A stretch of 64,000 nt of DNA. Source: Zootoca vivipara. Its lineage: Eukaryota. The DNA lies in NCBI RefSeq assembly GCF_963506605.1, contig NC_083285.1:7874001-7938000 (forward strand), given 5' to 3'. The position numbers and the translations under genes are program-made. Under the pieces are notes generated by a model. It was given only the letters and a program-made list of their open reading frames with translations. It ran no database searches and was not told where the DNA came from. Of the stretch, positions 38,201 to 50,627 are shown in pieces (positions within the stretch are counted from its first letter, which is position 1; the number at the start of each line of letters is the position of its first letter).

Positions 38201-41200
38201 GTGAAAAGCTCAAATTTAATATATGCTTGCTTAGGGAAAGGCTCTGAAACTAATATGATAGAGCAGTCGACTCCTTGACTGTAAGAGAATATGAAGCGGC
38301 ACAATTGTGAGGAGTGCAAGTTGTACACATTTTTATACTTCTGTGGAGTCAGACCTCCAAATCCAAAACGGGATGAATATGATGAAACAGGGATAATTTG
38401 CCAGAAAAAAAAGATCGAGTGTGGAATGAAAAACATGGTAGGGCAGTGCATAGAGGCAATACTTTCTCCCTTTTCTAAAGAGGGGTGCATTAGGGCCTAC
38501 TTTGTTCTCTTAAGAAAAGAGGGGCCCTATTCAGGTAATACAGCCACAAAGGAGCAATATAAGTACAGAGATGGGGTGGGAATGCATCCTTAGCTTCTTC
38601 CATCGCACAGCTCCTTCCAGTTTATCTGTGTGCTGTAGCGGGGAGCCTTTTCTATTTGTGAAGGATCCATGTGAAATGAAGAACTCTGGAAGATTGCAAC
38701 GCTTCATAACACAAATGGCAGAAAGGGCTCTCTACTGCAGAAGCGGCACTAGAATATGGGGCAAGTAGAAGAAGCTGTGTTATGATGGAGCCATGCCCCA
38801 CTCTTGAATTTTTCCACCTGCGTTGGGCGCTCATGGCTAGAGGGGATGTTGTCCTATGTCTTTCTCCCAGAACTCATTTTTTTGGTACTCTGCATCTTAA
38901 AAGGTCTTTAAGAGCAGAGGTGTTTCCCATTGCATATATGCCTGATCATTCCTAATGCAGTTCAGATTTTCCACATTTTCTAAATCAACTCCTGCCCATC
39001 GTATACAACTTGCTGGTCTGGGCCACTGTTGCTTAGCATCTTGGATCACCGATACGAAATACTTGATTTGTAAGCAAATACCATGAGTTGGGTCCAGACT
39101 CTGCAAACTGAATTTAGATCCCATTGAGATCAATGGGAGGAGCAAATCGTTGCTTTCAGTGGGAATGCCATTCGACTAACTGAGGCCTGGATCCAGCTCT
39201 AGGGGTCATCAACTAGGAAAGGTTGCACACTTACGGATACATGCATGAGGGTCCGAAATTGTCCTCTGTGGGTCTTGATAAAAGAAAAGCTTGCAGCGAT
39301 CACAGTGGTGCCCCATGGTATTATGCTGACAAGCTTCGCATACCCCACCACTGATGCGGTTATTAGAAAGGTACACAGCCATATCAAAGTGGCATTTTTC
39401 AGAATGACCATTGCACTCACACTCTGAAACAGAAGACAAAAACAGAGGTATGATGTAGACAGGAACAGGGACACCGCGAACCCAATCCCTTAACAGTACG
39501 TTCATCCAAGTACGTATACTAAAAACAGACTCTGAATTCTACTGTAGCTTCAATAACTTTGCACGAGGAACCGTGGATAGCTCTTAAGAGGAAAGGCACT
39601 TTCAACAGAGAGTTCAGCCTATGAATGCAAAGCACTTCAAAGCACCGCACGGCGATGGCCAAATGCTATTCACAAGACTGATAACAACGAAGTAAATCAC
39701 TTGGAGGTACTTTGGCAAGCGTTTTCCTGCGACCCTTCTGCTGGCCTCCAGGGAGCATCATTGTAGAAATCTTTGCACCTCTCACAGGATAAGCCATCTG
39801 TGTTGTGCTCGCAGAGGCAGCTCCCATGGACCTGTCAACAACAAATTTAAAACACGGAGTTATCATCCGTGCTTTTCTTTTCTGGGATGTGATTCAACAG
39901 AAATGTCTCTCGTCCATGTCCTGCAGAAATTAACTGGGTGTGCATAGCTCAGTTGGTTAGAGCATGGTGCTGAGAAACCAAGGTTGCAGGTTCGATCCCC
40001 GAATGGGACAGCTGCATGTGCCTGCATTGCAGGGGGTTGGACTAGATGATCCTCAGGGTCCCTTCCAACTCTATGATTCTAAGAGTGATCATATATTACT
40101 GTAAGTGCACACTTGTGCACACACTTGTATCACTTATTATTATTATTTTTTAAAAATCTAGCTTGTAAAATATATACAGTGGTACCTCTACGTACGAATT
40201 TAATGCATTCCGAACACACATTTGCAAGTCGAAAAAATTGTAAGTCGAATCCCATAGGAATGCATTGGGAGAAAAAATTCGTAAGTCGAAGCAACCCTAT
40301 CTAAAAATTCGTAAGTAGAAAAAATCCTATCTAAACCGCATCCAAGATGGCGGACGGAGCTCCATTTGTAAGTAGAAAAATTCGTAAGTAGAGTTATTTG
40401 TAAGTAGAGGTATCACTGTATTACCAGTAGTCAAATGAGGGTGGAGAGCCCTGCGCACAGTCTGGGAAAGGATAAGAAGTGAGCACCTAATGGGTCACAT
40501 GTTGCTCAGAGGCTCACAGGGCAAACAGATACATGTCTTCTTCAGAAGTAACCCCCAAGGAGTTTAATGGGGCTTACCCCCACAAAAGTGGGTACAGGAT
40601 TGCAGCCCCAGTGATGACAGGAAGCCAGGCTGAGTGATACCACTGCAGCTTCTCATTGTACTTGTGCTTGCAGCCTAATACAGGAAAGCACATTTCATAG
40701 TAGTGGGGGGAGAAGGAAGGAAAAAGCCGGAAAAATATGAGGTTTTATTAATTTGTTTAATAGAAGACCTTTTCCCCCTAGTGCAGCTCCCAAGGCAGCT
40801 CACAGCAACTAAAACACACACGATAAATATAAAGAAATAAATAAGTAACTCTCTTAAAAACTGTGGGATGCATCATCACTGAAGCAGTCAAATACAACAT
40901 TTCCTGTTGCCTAGAGTGGACACACGAGGAAATGTTGCTCCAGGCAGGGAGGACTTCCTGTCATACCTGCTCTGGAGCATCCTCCCCATGTGTGACCAGG
41001 TAGATGGGCATGATACTAACAGACACTATAAAAGGGCTAGTCACGCAGCCATCTTCCTTTTTTCAGCTTACGGAGAATAGAAGCCACAAGGTTGAAACTC
41101 TGAGGCCTAGCTCAGACTTCTTTTCTCTACAAACGTAATTGTAACCACAGGATAAAGCCTACCTTCGGGAAACTACTGTGAACTGAAGACTGTCACTCCT

Positions 41201-44200
41201 GACAGTGAAGGCTGTCGTTAACAGCCATCTACAGGTTTACCACTCCCATCAGCCCATCACCCATTCCCGTCACCCCCACCCTCTGAATATACATAAGGGT
41301 TTGGTGGATTCTGTTTCAATGTATCTGACGAAGTGTGCATGCACACGAAAGCTCATACCAAAATAAAAACTTAGAAGGAATTTTTTTATTTTGCTTCGAC
41401 TCAGACCAACACGGCTACCTACCTGAAGACTGGATTGCTCAACTTAAATGATTCTAACGAATCCATCAACTTGTTTCCAGCAATCTGCAAGGGAATGTGT
41501 TCTGCTGCTTGCTCACTAGCGTGAGTGAGGAGGGATAATATTTACAGTAACCAATATATCCTCTCCTACTTTCCTCAACGTTTCAACAAAAACAACACTT
41601 AAAACCATTTAAAAGCATATGCGAGCACACAGAAGTACAACACCCGCTCTCTGAAGGCCCTGCCACAACGGTCAGTTAGTGGCAAAAATCCTGCCTTTGC
41701 ATGCCTGCAAAAGGAAAATGGAGAGCCCAGCCTCCTGTGAAAGGAATTCCCCAATTCTGGGAGCAGCAACTGAACATAGCTGCCAAGTTCCGGCCTGAGA
41801 AATAAGGGACTGGACCGGAAGTAGCAGACCAGAAGTAGCGCTGCCGCCATTTTGGAACTGGGCGGAGCATGCTCAGAAGCTACTTTTGATGCTGCTCTGC
41901 CCTGTTCCAAAATGGCTGCCACACCAGAAGTCATTTTGGAACTGGGCAAAACAGTATCAAAAGTCACTTATGAGCATGCTCTGCCCAGTTCCAAAATGGC
42001 CGCCGCACCAGACTAAACCAGGGAAAAACAAAAAAAATCCGTTTTTTCGGCTGGGGACAGCTGGAAAAACTGGGATTTCCCGGGGAATATGGGAGACTTG
42101 GCAGCTATGCAACTGAAGGTGATGGGACTGGGAGAAAGACCTCCCAAGAAGATCTCAAAGATATGGGACAGGCTTCAGCAGAAGTGTTCTACTTTCGCAC
42201 AACACACCTTCTGAGCAAGAGACATCTATCCAAGCGACATGATCTTGGCAATTTAGCAGCAGTGCTCTTAGACGTCCACAAGGATTTGTGCCAATTTTTC
42301 TCACCCACAAAAATGGAAGGTTTCCCAGGGTGAGGAACCTCGTGGATTACATTTGTCACATACTGTTCACTGCTTACACGCAAATGCTTCTTACCCAAAT
42401 CTTTATTGTCTTTTTTTTATAAAAGCGACTTCTTCCTAAGGTAATCAGCCCAATCTACACTCACATAGGATGCATCATAATTGGGGAATTCCAAGATCTC
42501 TGCTGGATCACAGTCAGCTCTCAAGTTCTGGCAGCTAATTGGATTAAAAGGGGAACTTCTCACCTTATTGATGTAAACCTCCAAAATGTATTTTGTATAG
42601 TTAAGTTTCTACCTCTATCTTCAGTACATTTTATATTATTTTATTGCTATGGCTAGTGGCTGATGCAAATAAAGATTCTTCTGATCTGATCTGACCATCA
42701 ACACATACAAAAAAGGGTCATTATCAGCAAGGTTGGAGAACCCGCCCCCCGAGGTTTGCAGAAGTACAAAATGGTGGTGTTGGGGGATGACCCCAAAACA
42801 GTCCAATAAAAAGCAAGCATGACTGGGGCCCACAGAATGCCAATTTAGGCTGCATACATGCCATACTTTTAAACCACATACAAAGCACCATTTTCTCCCT
42901 GTACAATACAAAGCACTGTAGTTTTTTTCTGGGATGCTGGGACTGGAACTGTGAGGGGTAAAATTATAGTGTTCAGAATTTGGCGGGGGGTGGGGGAGTA
43001 GAGAAATAGGCTTTCAATGTGCTTCAAAGGAACAGTGCAGACACAATCTTACTTTTAGTGACAGTGTTAGAGAAGCGAACAGAAAAACATAATAAATGGA
43101 ATGGAATATGTTGGGAGAGGGCATTAGTGACTGGCTGGCACCATGAATAGGGGCATTTCCCACAAGAACATTTTGCTGCAGGTTGCATTTGTAGAGGAAT
43201 AATTTTTACATTTTTCAATCATTGGTCACTTCCCTCTCTCTTTCTTTCTTATACAAGCTACTCTAGGCAAGTTAAGAATTATTGCATTTATCTATAGAGA
43301 AACAATTCAAGTGTACACACAGCACTGGCTATTAACTGAATTATATCCGCATAATTACAGCTGTGGCATTTTCCTGCTATTAGCCAAATGTGATCTAATT
43401 ACTCTTAGGAATATCGCTGCAGTACCTTACAGAAGCTGGATTCTTTTTGCCTCTAATAAAGTATCAAGAATTAGAAGATTTGTGACGTACCATTCCAGGC
43501 TCATGGAAAACATCACCCCTCAGATTTTGCACAGGCCCACAATAGCTGGCATGACCATTGCAAAAACAGCTTCCGCGAACAATCATCTCGTAAAGCGCAT
43601 AGTAGTATTTTTCCAGAGGATCACGCCGCTTTTGTCCGAGTAAAGTATCGCCAAGCGTGTGAAGCTTAGTAAAGTTTATTCTCAGATTTGTTAAGGTAGT
43701 GAGCTCTGTGAGCAAGGGACAATAAATAATTGGTTAATTGACCTCAACATTGAGTTGATGCAATTCAAGCGCAGCAACAGAGATCATTCAGGGTATGACT
43801 TAAGGGTTAATTCTGTTCTTAAATGGTGGAGGCAGAGGTGTTGCTTAGCAACCAGGTGGAGTGGCATGATCTTTGCTGAGCTAGCACATGTTCTGATTGG
43901 ATGTCTCCCCGCTATGTACAAGGTCTGAACTGAGAAAGGCAAAACCTCTTTGCTTCTTTCTCCTCAAGTTCTACGCCGTTTTTATTCAGTTTTGCGCAGT
44001 AAAGTGGGTTCCCCCCCTTTCTCTCTGAACTGTCTGTTTTATTTAGGTGATTTGCTAACAATATGAACATACAATGCTGCCTTATATATCAAGTCAGACA
44101 TTTGTCCCCACCATGCCTAAGATTGAATACTTCAGATGGCCATGGCCCTCCAGAGTCTTCTCCACCCTCTCTACCTTGCTCCATCACAAAATTCAACTTG

Positions 44201-45487
44201 GTACTTTCTATGTGTAAAGCAGGTGTAGGGAAAATTTGGCCCTCTTGTCGCTGAACTACAACTCCCATCAGCCACAGCAAGCATGACCAATAGCCATGGA
44301 TGATGGGAATTGTAGTTTAGGTTCATCACGCCCAGTGTAAAGCATCCTTTGCTACTGAGCTTTGGCCCTTTCCACTTAAAATACCCAAGTACTGTATATT
44401 AGCTTTACCATAGATGTAAACATGCCAATTTTCACTGCAGGCAGCAGACTGCCATGATAGTATACATTTAGGGGTAGCCAAGGTGGTAGCTTCCAGATGT
44501 TGTTGAACTCCAACTCCTATCAGCCCCAGGCAGCCTAGCCAGCGGTCAGGGAAGATCAGAGCTCGAGACCATCAATAGCTGGATCTTGGCTATTTCTGCA
44601 TTAGTATTTTGTATCAACGCAAAAGAATTTTTAAAGGCATTATGAAACTCCAAACTACCTTGGATGTAGGGGGCGTAGGGATCTTCTATTTCAAAGCTGG
44701 GATCCAGAGCTTTAAAAACAACCTGTAGAAATGCAATGAAGATTTATACTGCCGTTGTAAAAGTAAATGACTTAACTGGAATACAGTGGTGCCTCGCTAG
44801 ACAAAATTAATTCGTTCCACGGGTCTTTTCTTATAGCGAAAAATTCGTCTAGCGAATCCCATAGGAATGCATTGAATTTTTTTTGAATTTTTTTTGCCCA
44901 TAGGAACGCATTAATTGAATTTCAATGCATTCCTATGGGAAACCGCAATTCGCTAGACGAATTTTTCGTAAAACGCATTCGTCTAGCGAGGCAACCTCCG
45001 CTCGAAAAATCCTTTCGTTAAGCGGAAATTTCGTTAAGCAGGGCATTCATTAAGCGAGGCACCACTGTATGTTCTTACATAAGAAATGCATCACACTGAA
45101 GCCTAAATAAACAATAAGACTAAATCCTTACGATGAAATGAACTCAAAGAACAGGCATACCTCCCCTTCAGTGGAGGGCTCAATATCTGAATATCTTGAG
45201 TCACAAACGACATCTCCAACAGTTGTGGCTGGCCTCGAAGGAATATCGGGGAAAGAAGTAGCACAGTTTTGCGCAAAATATCGAAATACTTTCCAGGTTT
45301 GACCATAATCTGTGGAGCGCTCCACCAACATTGCTGCAGGTCGAAATGTCTGCAAAGAAAGAGAACGTCATTCAGATCAATCTGTGGACTCCCAGATGTG
45401 TCCTCATTTATGGTAAGCTTGTCTTGGGCAGGATTTAGATTTTGACACGCCACTACAAATGTTTCTCGAGCATTTACAATGGCATAC

Positions 45488-45542
<55 letters not shown>

Positions 45543-48500
45543 TATGCTTATCAGTGGATGCACATGACTGGCTTGACATAGACTGCCCATGGTTGGAACT
45601 CATCAGGGATTTCATTTGTTTCTTTGTTTAGCATTACCTGCTTCTCAATAAACATTCTTCAGAAAACTGTGTTACAAAATACACATCAAAACATAACCAA
45701 TAAAAACAGAATTCAAAGCCACTTAAAACATCTATTTTGTAATACCAATAAAAGCCAGCAAAGGGGGGGAATAGTCCAGCATAATTTAAACATACAAAAC
45801 AAGATCACAACACCATTTCGACATCTCAGGTTACAGTTCACCACTGAATGCCATGAGAAGAAGTTGTGTCTTCACAATACTTGTAAGGATTGAGGGATGG
45901 GCTTCTCTGGTTTCACCAGAAAAAGGCCCTATTTCATGTGCCTGTCAGCCTAATTTTCTTTGTTGAATACAGTACTGCAAAACATGAAGATTAACAAACT
46001 AAAATCTCTGAAAGTATCTGAATCGCGATGCCGGATTCTCTGTTGAATAATGTTGAATAATTTTCTTTGTTGAATAATGCAAAACATGAAGATTAACAAA
46101 CTAAAATCTCTAAAAGTCTCTGAATTGCGATGCCGGATTTACCCGGTAGAGAACAAGCTGTGAAGCTTTGTAATTGGCAATGTCCAATATTGATGTCCAA
46201 CTCTGAACTCTGCAGAACAGTGTTTCCAGATAGCAACTACTGTTTTGTTGAATTCTTCATCAGCCAAATTAGTTCAACAAACACTCATAAGTAGAACGAT
46301 ATGCAATTTCAATATGCAACCTTTTGAGCTTGGTGTGTCAAAATTCGCCAAAAAACCGAGCATAACTCGGGTGGTGTGTCACTTCAAGAAAAAAACCATA
46401 ATTTTGCGATATTTATAGTTTAAATAACAAAAATGTATAATTGTAATATATAACTGTATTTAATAAACCAAAAACTAATTATTTAACCAAACCAAAAACC
46501 GCTTATTTATCACAAAGTGCCCAGAATTGTTGAGCTTTTTGGGGGGAGCTGCTAACCAAAGTTTTGGAGGTTTTTTTGGGGGGTGCAAAAGTTGCTTTTG
46601 GGGGGTGCCCCAAAGCTGCTGCGCTTTTTGGGGGGTGAAAGAGAAGAGAAATAAATGACGAATAATACATTTGCTGGAACTAACACACAGCACCGACATA
46701 GTTTGCCAAAGTGCCAAAAAACCCAGCACAGCACGGGTTAAAAAACGAACGCTGTTACACCCAATCATAGTCTGCCAAAGCGCCAGGAAAAAACAGCACA
46801 GAAAGGGTTAAAAAACCAATCTCTGGCTACCAGCAACAGCTGAGAAAAGCTGTAGGAGACAAGCTGGAGGAGTGGGAGAACAAATTGGGGGGGGGGGACG
46901 ACAACAACAACAGCGCAAATGGGCCGATGGGGTGTGTGCCAGCAGTGAGGGCTCTGCGTGTCACGTCTGACACGCGTGTCCTAAATTCGCCATCACTGGC
47001 CTAGACTGTGTGGAAAATGAACAAAATATTTTAGCTGCAGTTCATTCATTTTCAGCACTGTATTCTACTTATAAAAAAGTGCACCTAGACATTCCGCTGT
47101 TGCACCCACAACCTCGGTTTAAGGTGCCATTTAGCTCCTAGCTTTCATGTCTCAGTTTCTGCCCCACACAGAGCACATTGTAGTAGTCAGGCCTGGCTAT
47201 CACTAGTGTGTGGATCACTGAAGCTGAAGCTGATAAAAACCAACCCAGCTACTGCTGTTGCCTGTTAGCCTTGAGCTCAACAGCACTGCTAAAATGCAAA
47301 TTTGATCCTTGGGGGAATATACTCATCACAACCCTTCATCTGGGTTTTCCCCACCCACAGCACTTCCATCTTATCTGGATTAATCTCAGCTTCCAACCCA
47401 AACTTGCCTCAAGGCGCCAATCCAGAAGTTCAACTGCCTCTTTAGGATGAGGAGATGAAAAACAGATGCAAAGTTGAGTGTCATCTGCATACTGATGACA
47501 TTTCAACCCAAACCTCCAGATGACTTCCTCATTAAGATTAACAAAGTACGAAGATTTGAAGTTCAATATCTATCAAATAATAGCCAATCCACGTAATAAC
47601 CAATGCATCTATCTGACAGTTACTTAAACTCTAAAGGACAGCATATGCAAGGATTATACTTATCCTAAAACAACACTCTGAGGTAGTCTAAGCTCAGAAA
47701 TAGTGATTTGTCCCCAAATCACCCCTGGAGCTTCATAGGCAGGTGAGGATTTAAACACAAGTACTTTTGCCACAACACACATATAGCACATTAAACAACA
47801 ACATACACTGCACATCTGTGAAACTCCTTGGACACATTTCCTAGTCAACAATTCAGACAACTTGATTTTCCAAAGGAGTTTTCAGTTTACATGGTTTAAT
47901 TAAAGTCACTAGTCTGTAAATCAATTTAAATATTATATTATTATGTAGTTATGTGCAGGGTACCTTGAAGGTCAGGATAAGGTGGCTGAACTGAAACAGA
48001 TTTTCTAAATCCAGCCTAATGCTGACATGGTCAACACCTGAAATAGAATGGAAAAAAGCATTAAGTAGTATGAATTGTCTATTTTATCTGATGAGTGTAG
48101 GATGTGGCAAACTGTATGAAAGAACGTTAGGTGGAACACGGCTGGATCAGACCAAAAGCCTATCTTGGTCCACAATCTTGTTTTTCACACAACCAACCAG
48201 ATGCATATGGGAAGCATAGCTGCAAAGTTCTCCCTTTTTTTAAGGGAAATTCCATTATGCTGAATAGGCTTCCTCGCAAGAAAAGGGAAAACTTGGCAGC
48301 TATGATGGGAAGTTCAGGAGCAGGAAGTGAGGGCAAAATAACTCTCCACTGTTGTAACCCAGCAGAGGCACCAGCTTATGAGGGTGATGGGGGAGCCTGA
48401 CGTTGTACAGTGGTACCTCTGGTTACGAACTTAATTCGTTCCGGAGGTCCGTTCTTAACCTGAAACCGTTCTTAACCTGAGGTACCACTTTAGCTAATGG

Positions 48501-50582
48501 GGCCTGCCGCGTGATTACTGTTCTCATCCTGAGGTCAAGTTCTTAACCCAAGGTACTACTTCCGGGTTAGCAGAGTCTGTAGCCTGAAGTGTTTGTAATC
48601 TGAGGTGTGTGTAACCCAAGGTACCACTGTACATGTGACATCAGGACATTGGGAGGAGTGGGGCTGGAGCCAAACATGGCAGCCAAGCCACTATGAGCAG
48701 AAGGCTGCTCCGATCCTCCCTCCCCTCCATGGCAGGAGAAGGGAGAAGGAGACTTTGTGTTTTTTTGAAATTGGGGGAAGGGCTGGCTCTGACCCCAAAA
48801 ACATGGGGGGGGCACGCCATAAAGGGCTTGGCCTCCTGGAGCTGGCGCTCCTGTTACACAGTGACTGGGATTTAGAGATCTACTTCATATTAAGGGCAAT
48901 TTCCCCAACAGGACAGAACTGGAACAAAGATGGACATTTTCTAGCACACCAGTCACTAATTTTCATAGGCCGTAGCATAAACTTCCTAATCCCTCTCTTT
49001 CTATAACAATTAGAAGGAACAGTCAGAGCCATAGCTGCCAAGTTTTCCCTTTTCTTGCGAGGAAGCCTATTCAGCATAAGGGAATTTCCCTTAAAAAAAA
49101 GGGAGAACTTGGCAGCTATGGTCAGAGCCACTGCAACATAGTGCCTTGTGTTTTTGATGCTTCTGAGCTGCTCTTTGAAAACAATCTCAAGATCGGTCTC
49201 TCCCACCAGGACAACTGAGAGTTCTCAGGATTAACAAACTGCCCTGCTTCAGTCCTGCCACCCGAAAACTGGGGATGGGGATTTGGGAATGATAAAAACA
49301 GCTGCTCGATCAAGAACTTACCTAAATATCTGCGCATATGCAAAAAAAAAAAAAATGCAATATTATGCTCTGTTCAGACCACTTGTTTGCACAGCAATGA
49401 ATCCATAAGGGTCATATAAAAACCGAACCTTAACGTGATTTTTAAAGTTTAGCAGAATGCTTGCGGGTGAATGGCGCGTGCTCTTTCTTCAGAGGAAATG
49501 AGTAATTGGCACCTTGGATTCGGGAAGATGGGGGTTATAAACTGCATTCTGCTAGTGAATGTTACACATGTGTGTTTTCTTTACCAATACCTGTGCTTAC
49601 TCTAGGTCAGGGGTTGGCAATTTTTTTTAGCCGCGGGCTGGTCCACTGTCCCTCAGACCTTATGGCGGGCCAGAGAAGCGGCACCAGGGGGGGGCTGGAA
49701 GAAGAGACGAGGGGGGCAAGTAGTCCTCATTCCCCAGTCCCCAGCCCCAGCTGCTGCGCTTACCTTCCCAGGGGCTACCACCACCACCACCACCGCCACT
49801 GCTGCTTCTCGTGGGTAGGCAGAGCGAGCTCGTCCGCTCCGCTCTCTGGCCCACAGGAGCACCAGGGCGGCAGCGGCAGTGGCAGCGGAGGGAAGATGAG
49901 CAGTGCGAAAGGGCTGGCTCTGGAGAGGGGCTGCTTAAAATGGTGCTCAGCCAGCTCAGCCCAGCCCCCTTCCTCTCTAGGCAGGGCGGGGAGAAGCCAG
50001 GAGGAGGGAGGGAGGAGGCACCGCTGTGGTGTGTGTGTGTGAGGGAGAGGGGGGGAAATGAAATGGCGTAGGGGGGAAAATGGCACAGCCCGAAAGGACA
50101 GAATCCCCACGCCGATCCACGGACAGTCCGCGGGCCGGATCCTGAAGGCAATTGGGCCTGATCCGGCCCCCAGGCCTTAGCTTGCCGACCCCTGCTCTAG
50201 GTCAAGAAAGCTGTTGAGAAAGCTGCTTTTTCCAGAAGGAAAGCAAATCGTTTCAAGTCAGGACAGGGAAGAATCCAGAGTTAGTGTACCTGGGCCTCAG
50301 GCAATATGGGTTCACCCTTGCATTCCCAGTAAAGCAATGGTTGCTTGAGTCCTCACTGCCTCTCTTTAGTATGTGTACTAAATGTGTACTATTGTATGGG
50401 TGAACAACATGATAGCATCTTCATAGGTATGAATTCCTGCTGAAGATAACTGAAATCTGCCTTAGTTTCCTATGTGTTTCTTGAAGAGAAATGCTGTTGA
50501 GCTTTGCTTGACATCAGTTTTCAAGCTATGAGCTGGTTTTATCAAATAATCTCAAAATCTCATTACAAACAGATATAAACTC

Positions 50583-50627
<45 letters not shown>

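Noticed and set aside
39936-40010. tRNA-Ile-like gene
   Set aside because: Degenerate anticodon arm and acceptor stem, fused to a CR1-type tail; it is a SINE head.
40250-40410. Regularly spaced ttcgtaagt repeats resembling a CRISPR array
   Set aside because: Subterminal repeats of a TA-flanked MITE; no unique spacers or cas genes; eukaryotic context.
45488-45541. Poly-Leu ORF 45103-45615
   Set aside because: Translation of an (AAT)n microsatellite.
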